Assembly: GCF_964355755.1 (NCBI RefSeq)
Contig: NC_092674.1
Span: 11,098,001-11,162,000 of the forward strand
Direction: 5' to 3'
DNA: 64,000 nucleotides
DNA from: Antedon mediterranea
Taxonomy: Eukaryota > Animalia > Echinodermata
Made by a program: the position numbers and the translations under genes. The notes below the pieces were generated by a model that worked only from the letters and a program-made list of their open reading frames with translations, was not told the origin of the DNA and did no database searches. Positions 16,315 through 29,405 of this stretch are shown piece by piece; position 1 is the first letter of the stretch, and each line of letters begins with the position of its first letter.

Positions 16315-16683
16315 ATGCCACCAAAAACTTCAGGAAAAGCTGCCAAGAAAGCCGGTAAGGCTAAAGCTGTAAGAGCAACAGACAAGAAGAGGAAACGTAA
16401 ACGAAAGGAAAGCTACAGCATCTACATCTACAAGGTGTTGAAGCAAGTTCACCCAGACACCGGTATCTCAAGCAGAGCCATGGGAATCATGAACAGTTTC
16501 GTTAACGACATTTTCGAACGTATTGCTGGAGAAGCATCTCGTCTTGCTCACTACAACAAGAAATCTACCATAACCAGTAGAGAAGTCCAAACCGCTGTCC
16601 GTTTATTGCTTCCGGGTGAATTGGCTAAACATGCCGTTTCTGAAGGTACCAAGGCTGTCACCAAATACACTAGCTCAAAGTAG
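16315..16683 (+). CDS. H2B: Histone H2B
   Basis: Identical to the first copy except VRTT->VRAT. Confidence 0.99.
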   Translation: MPPKTSGKAAKKAGKAKAVRATDKKRKRKRKESYSIYIYKVLKQVHPDTGISSRAMGIMNSFVNDIFERIAGEASRLAHYNKKSTITSREVQTAVRLLLPGELAKHAVSEGTKAVTKYTSSK

Positions 16684-16712
16684 ACACTATTTTGCTAAAA
16701 CTCAAACCAAAC

Positions 16713-16728
16713 GGCTCTTTTCAGAGCC
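16713..16728 (+). other. Histone 3' stem-loop (H2B copy 2)
   Basis: GGCTCTTTTCAGAGCC. Confidence 0.97.
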
Positions 16729-17771
16729 ACCAAATGTTCTAAAAAGAGATTTATTTGCGTTACATTTGTGTAGTTTCTTTCACATGGCGCCATCCAGCAT
16801 ATTCATCTCAACATCCTGATATAACCACCGCCATAATTTGTAAAATTAATATACGATATTAAATTGTCCCCATAACATAAGGAATGATTTTGATTAATTG
16901 ACCAATACCAAATTGACTATTTTTTTCTTTTAAATTATAGATTTTTTCAGTTACAGTAAATAATTTGGAATATAGTACAGTATGTGACGTTAAAAAATGT
17001 CAGTAATATCTTTAATAATATGATGCAGTATTCGTATAGATTCCTTACGTATACACCATGGAGAAAATAAGTTCTCTGTGCGTATACCAATCCGTCTCTA
17101 GGCTTTCTTATGTTTGCTGTCAGTGTTTTTGTCTAATACCTTTAGTTTCTTTATTGGGTTTATATGCTGTATAATACTATAGTTTTAGTTATTTACTGTT
17201 TTAGGCAGTGTTTATTTTAATTGTAATTAATATATGACATTGGCATATTTGAAATTTAAATATTAAAAAAACAATAAGTATTGGTCTTATCACTGAAATT
17301 TAATTTGAAGTGTTATTATGATTGTAAAAAAGCTGCTAAGGTTTATGGTTTGAATTGAAAAATTCATTAGTTGCAAGGACTAATAACTGTTACAAACATG
17401 ATGCCCAACAAATTAGTTTTATGCTGATAAATGACATCAGTTTATTATAATTCCTGTATGAGCACTTAAATGTCACCGTTTAAAACGTCAGTCATTTCAT
17501 ATAACATAATAATAGGAATTTATATTTATATCTTGTAAAATAGAAACAGAATATTCAAAACTGCTAATATAAATGCGCTTTTCATCAAGTAACAAAAAGA
17601 AGTACTGTACTCAATAACTAAGTACTTATTCCACAAAGCCTAATTTTTAAATTCCCGCTCACATGAACAAAAGCGACAGTTATCCTATTGTCAAAATGAA
17701 CGAATTATATCGTTGGCGCGAAAGAACGTGATTGGCCAATTTGATAAAGGCATTCGGACAGGGAATCGTGA

Positions 17772-18230
<459 letters not shown>

Positions 18231-18263
18231 ATCATCATTTATGGACCATTTCTCAAACCAAAC

Positions 18264-18279
18264 GGCTCTTTTCAGAGCC
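18264..18279 (+). other. Histone 3' stem-loop (H2A copy 2)
   Basis: GGCTCTTTTCAGAGCC. Confidence 0.97.
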
Positions 18280-19304
18280 ACCAAATAAACATAAAGAGAT
18301 TTGATTTGTTTGTCTGTTGTTTTCAATTGTTGTGTAAAATTATTCCAACCCAGTGGATTGAATTGGGGAGGATCATGTATTATTCATGGTCGATCTAATG
18401 CAAATAATCAGAGAGTCTGTGCAGAGCCACCAAATAAACAAAAATTACCTGCTAGTGATTTAGATATACAAAGGCGCTAGGCTGGCAAAAGTTATTAAAA
18501 TATGTTTCAGAACACCAGGTTTATTTCATTGGTACATTATATTTTATCAGTAAACCGTATATTAAATGCCTGGAATTGTTATCATTTTAATTTATTGATG
18601 ATCCTCCTTTATCTGCAAAAAAATAAAAACATTATTTGATAGGTCTACATTGTTATATAATTATGTAAACATTTTGTATATTCTTAAGTTGTTGGAATTC
18701 GATCATGATTAAGTCAATTACAAGGCGGTAGACCGGGAACCAGTCAACTGACAGAAGAGGGCTCTCAATGTCATTTCTATTGACGTACCTGCACACAATA
18801 TACATAACCACACACCCCCACTTTAATAATGGAATAACCCTAAAAAACCTCCGGAGCCAAAACGGCAGTTGATCCAAATTCAAGATGGCCGCCAACATTC
18901 AAATAACCCTATTTAAAACCAGAATATCACCAATAACACAAATTATGAATGTGGAACAAGTCCGTTTTGATGGTATATTACCTATTATACAATCTTAACT
19001 ATGTAAAGCGATAATCTGTCGGCCTTCTTGGATTTCAAAATGGCCGCCACTAAATATTTAATTCTTTAAATCATTTTTGTTGTTTGTACACAATGTTCTA
19101 AAATAGTCACTTCTCATAGGATTGTATAAATATAAGGCCGTCTAAAGTTGTCAATGTTCTCTATATATAATAAATATATAAATCCCCTACTATGACTCTT
19201 GAATTACCTAATCGTTCAAAGTTAGAGTTGCAAAAGTATGGAACAACCTACATTGATATGAAATATTCAGCAACAATTACTTCTAAATCTGAATAATTGA
19301 TCTC

Positions 19305-20109
19305 TATGGAACGCCGTTTACGCAACCTTTCGATGATATGAATTTTATGACGTGATATGTGAATGAAATGCATCGATATGAATTAAACGGTGCGATATAT
19401 GAATGAAATGTTTTGAATTGAATGCTTTGAATTGAATATTTTGAATGAAATGTTTTGAATGAAATGTTTTGAATGAAATGTTTTGAATGAAATGTTTTGA
19501 ATGAAATGTTTTAAATGAAATGTTTTGAATGAAATGTTTTGAATGAAATGTTTGAATTGAATTGAAAAGTCAAACTATTGGTGGCGTATGTCATTCTCGC
19601 TCGCGATTATTTTCTCAACCTCTTAGGCCTAAGCCTGGGTACCCTCATCTCTTTTCTTCCACGCTGCCTTTACAGAGAATCCTAACAGACCTGGGTTCGG
19701 AAATATGTATTCCAATGTTTCAGGTCTGTTAGGGAGTCTCTGTAAAGGATTCATATTGATGACAGCGTTGAAAGGAGATGAGGGTACCCATGCTTAGGCC
19801 TATTAAGAGGTTGAAAAAAAATCGCGAGCGGGAATGACATACGCCGCCAATAGTTTGACTTTTCAATTCAATTCAAACATTTCATTCAAAACATTTAATT
19901 CAAAACATTTCATTCAAAACATTTCATTCAAAACATTTTATTCAAAACATTCAATTCAAAACATTTCATTCAAAACATTTCATTCAAAACATTCAATTCA
20001 AAACATTGCATTCATATATCACGCCATTCAATTCATATCGATGCATTTCATTCACATATCGCGTCATAAAATTCATATCATCGAAATGTTGCGTAAACGG
20101 CGTTCCATA
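19305..20109. mobile_element. 805-bp foldback DNA transposon with TATGG...CCATA ends and a 6-bp TSD GATCTC (IS3EU-like)
   Basis: The whole element is a palindrome with 14-bp TTTTGAATGAAATG tandem arrays in each arm; GATCTC at 19299-19304 and 20110-20115. Confidence 0.85.
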
Positions 20110-20879
20110 GATCTCATTTCTTTTCATAAAAGTTAAACTTTTGTATCTCAGACAAGACCACAATATAAAACAAGTGTATTTATACCTTACTAGCAATTAA
20201 TTATACCTGTCGGCCCCATATATTATACCCTAGTCTGGGCTCCAGACGAAGTTTTGTCTTAATATTAGTAAAAATAACATAATAAATGGCGTTTCATACG
20301 TGTATTACTTTAGTTTGGATACTGTATTTCCAGACAAAAATCGCGGTCGAAATAAAAACAAATAAATTTTTAAAAAAGACAACATACTTGGGGTAAGTCT
20401 AATTATACCCCTAAATTATTTTAAAGCCTTTTCAGGTCTATGTTTTAAGTACGTTGTAAACTGTGTAAATGAATAGGTGTCATAATGGATTTCTTTGACA
20501 GTCGCTTGTCATTGGTCAACTGGTTTGCGTTGCGTCTACGTCCTTGTGTTGCGTCCTAGTGGGAACCAAGCTTAACTTGGATCCTAGATGGCGGATGATA
20601 TTCAAATGTAGTTTAGAACTTTCCCAGTACAATTCTGGTCATTTTGATACCCAAATATATAAGGTTATGTGCAGTAACAAACATTTGTATAACGAACAAA
20701 CAAACAAACGTACAAACTCTCTCACTTATAATATAAATTGTGAAATCCTCTGTATAAATATGGTGTTTAATAATAAATGCGTTATTGCCATGTAATTCAA
20801 TGTCTGAACCTTCAGGGCCGTAGTCACCAGTATGGTTGGTGAGTTTTCAACCTGTCAACTTTTGGCAGCTCATTCACAA

Positions 20880-21950
20880 GCTTCATAGGCAGCATTAACT
20901 CCCACTTCTCATCTTCTACAATCTCAACCGATTTCATTAGATGTACCTTAAAGATGACCACCATACACTGGTTTGATGAGTGCACATGGTTGTGGTATAA
21001 AAACTCATGTACTAGGAAAAGACAAGATAATGCCTGGTGATGACTCTTGCCCGAGATGAGTGAGACAGAGATGACATCAAGAAGCAATTCTTATTTTGAC
21101 CTGGTGAATTATATGGCTTTTTGACATGTAGCATTGTGAAAATAGTGTTCAAGCCAGTGCTTTTGTTGAAACTAAACTTGTATTACCTATACAACAGTGA
21201 CACAAATATCTTAAATGGAAAACATCTCTAAAGGATGTCACAGAAGCACATACTAACTATGCTTTCTCTCTACAACTTCTGACACTATTCTAGAAAAAAT
21301 GCAGACAGAGAAAAAGATTCGACGTATCATTTTGTTTGAAAAACGCTGACCATAAAGATATTAACTTTAATACAGAGATTCGTCGAAATATAAATGATGT
21401 GGTTAAACTATCCCTATTATGTCAGAGACACAAGACAACGATATCTGTACACATGGAAAGTACACATGCTTTTATGAAATATTTCTTTGCTCATGACCAC
21501 CTGAACTATGGCCGGTTACTTCCGCTGTATCACTTTCAACAGATTACTGATATTGGAGTTTATGAGACGACATGTATGTGTGACAAAGGAACTTGATGGA
21601 TTTACATCAATTGATCAAGGTCATTGAGCATGGTATCATTCGAATGACACAAATAAATGATTTCATCAGAGCTGGCAACTCTCCTTGATGTGTTTGAAAG
21701 CCAACATTTAAAGAGAGAGGATATCTTGATTAATGAAGAATACTGCAATTCTCATAGAGGTTTTTGTTGGCCATGGCATGATGAAATTGGACAGAAAATG
21801 TTTGAGGCATTGGTAAAAGTTTTGTAGAAGGCAAATTGTCTATATGGGATCCTAAGAAAAGGATTAATATTGGCAAAAAATATATATGACGGTGAATACA
21901 GGTGACAAACTTATCAAAGTAAAAGAGTACTCCTATAAAGATTCTTTGTC
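20880..21950 (+). mobile_element. Degraded Academ-like transposase fossil (element may span ~18650-22460)
   Basis: Fragments ILNGKH..., HMESTHAFMKYFFAHDHLNYGRLLPLY and FTSI..., with many stops and frameshifts; repeated AAAATGGCCRCC motifs at 18880-19050 and 22318-22460. Family assignment is from recalled motif similarity. Confidence 0.55.
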
Positions 21951-23007
21951 ATATCACATAGTCAGCTGGTACAGTACTGTAAATAAGAAAGTATGAGCAT
22001 TTGTGGGTGAAATGAGGTATTGCAGTATACTTTTGCTGATTTGTTTCTGAACAAGCTTGTTGGGATCACAGATCAGTCTGTTGAAGTTTGATGGATACAA
22101 TAGTAGAGAACAAAGGAAGGTCAACTTACTATATCGCATTCAAGACAGCTCACTGATTAGAAATATTTCATTTGACAGAGTTAGTTGTCATTTAACTGAA
22201 GAAGTTTATGAGAGGTTTTAATATTAAGAAGTGTACTATACTGTAGTAATTTCAATCTAATTTAATTTAACTTACACACGTTTTAATAAGAAATAAAAAA
22301 TAAAAAAAATGAAATTCAAAATGGCCACCATTTTGTGTAAATAACCATGTTGTTGTCATAGGCCTATCATTTTATGTGATTTCAATCAACGTCATAACTT
22401 GCCCATGTTTTAATGAGAAATTTAGTCAATTTTTTTTAATGACGGCCATTTTGAAATTCAAAATGTCAAAATACTGATGAATATAGGTTTATAATAATTT
22501 TTATATAGCAGAGAACCCATATGGCTTTAATTTTAACTTAAAATATTATTCATAATGGGTGTTACTTTACATGTCTTATTTATAGCACAGTTTTCGTAAA
22601 CTTTCTGTCAAGATTAAAAATCAACCAATCATCATGTAGGTTTTTACTGTATGCCTACCTCAATAAGGTGCGCAACTAGCTCCGTGATACTTATTTATAT
22701 ATCCATAATAATTTGATTTATTTAGTACTATTTTATACTGGAATCTGTGCACAAATAGCAAAACAACTGTAAAATTATGTTTTGTGGAGATAGAATAGGC
22801 CTAGCGCCGAAATGTATACTCTGTTAAAAAAACGTAAACAGTTATCGTTTTTATATGAAATTGGGATGGTTTTTTCATATTATTATATCAAAATTATATC
22901 AAAATGTATAAAGCGTTAAATCGAAGACCGAGGTACAAAATCAATGGCGCTATGCATGTTAGTGGTCAAAAAATAAGTTATGAGCAATTTTTAAAATAAG
23001 GCAACAG

Positions 23008-23250
23008 AAGAGCAGTGTTTAATTTGTGCGGGGAGTGAACTCCAGAGTGTGGGTGCTGCAAAAGAAAACGATTTATGAGCAAAGGTTTTAGTAGCTATGC
23101 GTGGAACAGAGAGTAAGAAATCATCAGATGATCTAAGACTAGAGTCCGTCCAGGAACATAAATGGTGATTAATTGACGGATGTAAGCAGGTTGGTTAAAG
23201 GAAGTGCTTTAATGTAGGAGCAAGATTTTAAATTTGATCCGATTGTCAAC
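23008..23250 (-). mobile_element. L2-type LINE 3' ORF2 fragment
   Basis: Minus strand reads RIKFKILLL...PAYIRQLI...LRSSDDFLLSVPR...SFSFAAPTLWSSLP. Confidence 0.8.
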
Positions 23251-24210
23251 TCAAAAACACTCAATCTTCCCCACACTCCCGATATCAATATATATTATCT
23301 CCTTCTTTTAAAAATACGGCTGCATCATAAACGACCATTCATTTTGTCAATAGTTTTTGTGTGTAGTGGGTTATTATTATAGATTGAATTATAAGGTGGG
23401 TTACTATTAGACGGGGGTTACTATTACAGTAGAGTGTGGGTTACTATTAGAAAATTAACGGTATTTGAGCTTACATGCACCCCCACCACCCCCTCTTCTT
23501 GGCGGAGACCTGTGGTAAAGCTAATGTTAAATGACACTCCTAGATGGCTGGAAATGGTACTCTCGCACGTAAAAATAATGATAAATAGCACCTCTAGTGG
23601 GCCGGAAATGACATTTAATAATAGCGCGCTCGCAATTGGCAAAACCATCGTAGCCTACTTTTTTAACACATTTGCGTCCAATGGTAACGTTCTCTGCATG
23701 CACTTACTAATAATGATTTTAATGTATTCTCCGAGAAGTCCGAGAACAAGAATATAAGAATTGTATTCATCTCTATTTCATGTTAGGCTTATATTTTAAT
23801 TTCTTATTTTTATGTTGAAATAGTAGAATTTCACATCAGGAAAGAAGATAAACAGGAGAAAGAAGTGAAATTATACAGGATACTGAATCCCGAGTCCGTA
23901 CTGAAAACAAGCAGCACTAAGCCTGCTGACTACGTTGTGTAATACAATAAACAAAAGAGAATAGCTGTAATATTAAATACCGTAATTAAAATTAAGTACA
24001 TTGCACTTTAAAGAAGCAAAAAAAACCAATAATTAATAATCAATGAATCAATTACGAGCCATAGTATTATACTACTGTATATTGTGCAAATAACACAATA
24101 ACAGCAACAGCGACGATACAGTCGTATATTTCATGAAGCATTATACAGTATATCATATCCGTTATATAAAACAACAACAAAAACTGATAAACACGTGTAA
24201 AATAACTTAA

Positions 24211-24515
24211 AGATGTATTGTTCCCCTGAAAAAATAATTATAAACATTTTTTTTTTAATATGCCATTTTAATTTCACATAATAATTATCCACTTTGAACA
24301 AAAATTAGATGAGAAAAAAATTATTTACTTGAAAAACTGTAATTTAAAGCAAAAAATAGTCAAATTGGCTGCCAGCCAATGGATTTTTTGGTTGAATTTA
24401 ACCATTTATTTTGTCATTTTCTAAGTAATTTACTTCATTAACACTACAAAATAACCTATTCAAAGTCTGATTTAATTAATCTTAATTTTTCATGTTTTTG
24501 GGGGACAATACATCT
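24211..24515. mobile_element. 305-bp MITE with TTAA TSD and AGATGTATTGT TIRs (Kolobok-like)
   Basis: TTAA|AGATGTATTG...CAATACATCT|TTAA. Partial copies at ~5806-6001, 9580-10050, 12000-12450, 15620-15780 and 37113-37345. Confidence 0.8.
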
Positions 24516-24646
24516 TTAACAATAAAAAATCGGTTTCAATAGGGGAAAAACAAAATTATGGAAAATACTCATTATTCAAATATCTCACTTGGTTTCTAAA
24601 CAATTAGTGAGTTAAAGGTGTTGAATTGAATTACGTAAAACTAAGA

Positions 24647-27600
24647 GGTTGTCACGAAACCTAAGACCCAAGACCTAAGATTAACAATAGTTCTCTTTCG
24701 CACCTGCCTCGTATTTTAACTATAAATTTGTTGTTTGTTAACCTGTTGTTTTTGATTCCAAAAATGTCTGAACTCCGACACATAGTATCTGAAATAAATG
24801 GTGCTGTCATTGCAATCTCGAAGTCATGGTTAGATGAATCTGTAACTAACAATGAAATTGACATCAACGGATACACAGTTCTACGCCTAGATAGAACACG
24901 ATCAGGAGGTGGTGTGTGTGCCTATATATACGAAATGACGTTGCGTTTAAAGAAAGACCAGACTTACACATTGAACAAATGGAAGGAATTTGGTTTGAAA
25001 TTGTATTACAAAAAACAAAACCAATCGTCATTGGCGCTGTATATCGCCCACCGACAGATACTACTTTTTTAGATAAATTGGAAACTACGCTGTATAAAAT
25101 ACCTCAAGATTGTGAGTTAATTATTATGGGTGATATGAATACTAATTATTCAGACAAAGGTTCTGTTCTTTTAAAGAAATTGTCAAGCACGATGAATTTA
25201 TTCAATTGTTGTCAACTAATAAACTCACATACAAGAGTAACCAGTAATACAAGTACAATCATAGATCACATTATTTGCAATAATGATGACAAAATATTAC
25301 AATTTGGTACATTTGACATAGGGTTAAGTGATCACTCTTTAATTTACTGTACTAGAAAAGTAGTTAAATGTAAAGTAAATCATCACAAAGTTGTTAAACT
25401 AAGATCCTTAAAAAATTATAATGTTAATGATTTTACTTTAAAACTTTCCAATACTGATTGGTCTACAATTTTTAATTGTGATGATGTTTGTCATGCATGG
25501 TTCATGTTTAAATCAATGTTGTTAGATATCATCAATACAATTGCTCCTAAGAGAGAGGTTCGATTAAAAAATCGAACAGAACCATAGATGAACAGTGACA
25601 TATTAGAAAATATTAAAGTCCGTGATTCTTTGTTACAAAAAGTTAAAAAAAGAAAAGGTGATAAACAAACTTGGTCTAGGTTTCGAAAAATACGAAACCA
25701 AATACGTAGAGATGTTAAACGTGCCAAGAGCCAATACTTTACCAACACGATTGAGGAAAATAAGAAAGACTTATGGAAACAACGAAAATCATTAGGTTAT
25801 AAAAATGAAAGTAAGTGTTCGTCTAGAATTGTACTTAACATAAAGGATGAACTCTGTTTTGACAACAATATTGTTGCTAACCATTTTAATTCATTTTTTA
25901 CAAGTGTTGCTTCTAACTTGGCACGCAAACTTCCTAATAATACTATTAAGACCTTTGACACTGGGTCAATCAAATTTAAAAAGTACTATGAGAACAAGAA
26001 ATTAGATAAAGAGGGAATGAGTTTATCACCTGTATCAGAAGAGTTTGTACTCAAAGAACTCCAAACTTTAAATATTTGTAAGAGTACAGGACTAGATGAC
26101 ATTTCTGCTAGGTTCTTACGTGACGGTGCAAATGTACTCAAAGGTCCAATAGCTCACATTATTAATTTAAGTATTTCTTCCAATAATGTTCCTGATGACT
26201 TTAAAATTTCCCGAGTCCACCCACTTTTGAAAAGGAAAGATAAGTGTGACGTCACCAACTATAGACCAATCAGCATTTTAAGTGTTTTGTCAAAAGTTCT
26301 TGAAAGAGCAGTTTATGTTCAAATCGAAAAGTACCTTAAAGATAATAACATAATGTTCGAATTTCAGTCAGGATTTAGAAAACATTTTTCTACCGACTCT
26401 TGTTTTATCCATATTAATGATTATATTAGAAATCAAATGTCAATTGGCAATTACACTGGCGTTGTATCTTTAGATTTGCAAAAAGCATTTGACACAGTTG
26501 ACCATGGTATATTGATCGAAAAACTAAAGGCAATTGGGATTGGACCAATAGATTGGTTCAAATCATATCTTAAGAATAGGCAACAATTAGTATATACAAA
26601 TAAGGTAGAATCTAAGCCACTTGGAATTTCTCATGGTGTACCTCAAGGAAGTATATTGGGGTCTCTATTATTTCTATGCTATGTTAACGATATGAAAATA
26701 AGTGTAAATTGTAAGTTGATTTTATACGAAGACGACAGCGTTCTTTTAGTATCTGGAAAGAACCCATGTGTAATAGCCTCAAGACTAAGTTCAGAATTGT
26801 CAGCCTGTAATAAATTGCTAATTGACAACAAGTTATCCCTCCATATGGGAAAAACTGAGGCCATGTTATTTGGAACCAAACATAAAATGAAAATGGTCGG
26901 GGATTTTAAAGTATACTGTGATGAAATCCTTATAAAGACAGTGTCAACAATCAAATATTTAGGTGTAACACTTGATGAAAATCTCTCAGGTGAACAAATA
27001 TTAATCCAAAGTATAAAATGTATAATTGGTAGACTTAAATTTCTCTATAGACAAGCATCTTTTCTTAGAGAAAACGAACGAAAATTTCTTTGCTTTGCCC
27101 TCATTCAAAACCACTTTGACTATACGTGTTCATCGTGGTACACTGCAGCACCAAAAACACTAAAAAATAAACTGCAGATTATGCAAAACAAAATGGTGAG
27201 ATTTATTCTTAATGAAGGTCCTCGATTTCATGTAGGACAAAAAGAACTAGATAGCTTAGGGCTATTGTGTGTTGAGGATAGGGTGACTCAAATAAAATTA
27301 AACACTGCACAAAATGCAGTATAAAAATGTAGCATCTTATCTTGGTAATAATTTTATAAAGGCTGGGAACCAACATGCACATGGTACCCGACACAGTTAT
27401 TTTAATTTTGTTCCACCAATCTCTTGTAATGTTACAGATGGCACATTTTATGCTTCAGCAATTAAAGAATGGAACAAATTACCAAGTACGATAAAAAGTA
27501 CTGAGAGTGTAAATGTATTTAGAAATTTAGTTAAAAACAATCTCGCATCGAAACGGCATAGCATCTAAACTTATTTTTAAAAACTTTGCTTACCTCAAGG

Positions 27601-28024
27601 ACTCCAATGGAAATAAACCTGAGTTATTGGTTTTATTGGACGATCCTGATCGAAATCACCTTTTCTCACCCTTTTTATCTCTTTTAAGATTTTTTAATGG
27701 TTTTTAAATATTTTAAAAATATTTTAAACTTTGTTTTTATACGGTTTTAGATGTTTTAAAATATTTTTATCATTGTTTTATATGTTGTTTTTATACTGTT
27801 TTATTCATGAACCTTTTTTACTTGTTTTTATGTGATTTTGATCAAATAAATGAATGAATGAATGAATGAATGAACTTTATCCCGAATACCACACCTTAGA
27901 ATTAAATGAAGAAGAATCAATAAGATAACAATACATTTTTTAAATAAATGTATGATTTCACAGACGTTTTTCTCATGAGAATTTTGATCTTAGGTCTTAG
28001 GGGGTCTTAGATTTTGTGACACCC
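24647..28024. mobile_element. MITE with GGGTGTCACRAAAYCTAAGA TIRs, split by a LINE insertion
   Basis: Inverted ends at 24647-24685 and 27984-28024. The inner parts (24690-24742, 27875-27975) are contiguous in the family copy near 1743. Confidence 0.7.
24743..27874 (+). mobile_element. 5'-truncated L2/CR1-group LINE: APE endonuclease plus reverse transcriptase ORF2, disrupted
   Basis: EN motifs (GGGVCAY, YRPP, GDMN, SDH); RT motifs (NYRPISIL, QSGFR, DLQKAFDTVDH, GVPQGSILG, YEDD, KYLGV); frameshift ~24925, TAG at 25585-25587, frameshift ~27310; AATAAA plus (TGAA)6 tail at 27851-27874. Confidence 0.95.
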
Positions 28025-28281
28025 GGTGCTAAGAACCCTTTTGACTTTGCCATATGATGACATAATAATATTTATACCATCTGTAAGAGCGATCATTTTG
28101 TTGAATTAGTGTTGAACACTGTTTGGATCTGGTATTGCTAATGTACATTGTTTTCTTTTTTAGATTTTATTAGCAAATACTGTATAATGACGACAACTAC
28201 TGTGCCACTGCACGTTGCCCCAGAGGCTGGACCAGTAATTTACTATCAACAGCCAGGACAAGTTCCAAGTTTGAACACTAA

Positions 28282-28621
28282 GAAGTTTAGCATTGTGCGC
28301 TACTATACCATTTATGGTTATGCTTGCGCATAATGATATTGAATAGGTTAAACTTTGATTAATAAACGAAGTTTAACATTGTGCGCTACTGTACCGTTTT
28401 GGTTATACTAGCGCATAATGATATTGAATATGTTAAACTTTGATTAATAAACGAAGTTTAGCATTGTGCGCTACTATACCATTTTGGTTATACTTGCGCA
28501 TAATGATATTGAATAGGTTAAACTTTGATTAATAAATGAAGTTTAGCATTGTGCGCTACTATACCATTTGGTTATACTTGCGCATAATGATATTGAATAG
28601 GTTAAACTTTGATTAATAAAC
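28282..28621. repeat. Tandem repeat, 4 x 85-86 bp
   Basis: Units start GAAGTTTA(G/A)CATTGTGCGCTAC at 28282, 28368, 28453 and 28538. Confidence 0.95.
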
Positions 28622-29405
28622 GTGTCGACCATTTCGCGTCAAATTTTAGGCCCAGAATGCCAAAATATGTACCCTGCGTCCACGAATTGGACACTGTTTT
28701 GAAACCTATTTTTAAAAACTTCCTTAAGTCCCAAATTTAAGACCCACATATTTGGGTCCTATGGCCAAAATTAGGAGCCTTGTGGCCAACTCAGGGCCCA
28801 CAAATTTGGGCTTGATAATGAGCTTGTGGCTCAAGAGTAAGGTCTTTTAAATTAAAATAGATGTTTGGTAGTTAACTAAGTACTGTACTAGTACTGGTAT
28901 GTTAGATGATACTGTTTCGTTTTAAATTTCCTTGTCCTTTTTTTTTCTTTCTTGGTTTTGTTTGGGTGCTCCCATTTGCAATGGGTTCTGGCCTTTTTGG
29001 CACCCACGATTATAAGCATGTATCATTATATCATTATATTTTATTTTATATTAATTTAAACTACTGTGTTAACTACAGTTTTGATTTCAATGTTTATGTT
29101 TCTATTCGATCAATTATTATTATACATTTTTAACCTGTAATTTAAGGGCAGAGAGTGAACCAACATTTCGTAGGGAAGATCGATTCTATCGTAATTTTTA
29201 TTGCTTCCCTACTTTGCGTCATTATCAAATAAAATGGCATTTGACACTAAACTTGTTTTGTATTTTTGTGAGAGCCAGTTGTCACAAAATAATTTCTTCC
29301 GAGTGAAAATACCAAAGGAAGAATCGTTTGTGTCAATGGGTTTCACTCTATGTATAGTTTATCGGTCAGTTTCCCATGACTTATGTAAACTGTTGCAGCT
29401 GCACA
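28298..29405. mobile_element. 1.1-kb insertion interrupting the first coding exon of the MS4A-like gene
   Basis: TGTG duplicated at 28294-28297 and 29406-29409; removing the insert restores in-frame KKFSIV-TGYIQ. Confidence 0.6.

Noticed and set aside
19834-20136. Repetitive 100-aa ORF
   Set aside because: Translation of the 14-bp minisatellite
23587-23601. CTCF-like site near the end of the histone cluster
   Set aside because: Requires a gap relative to the consensus
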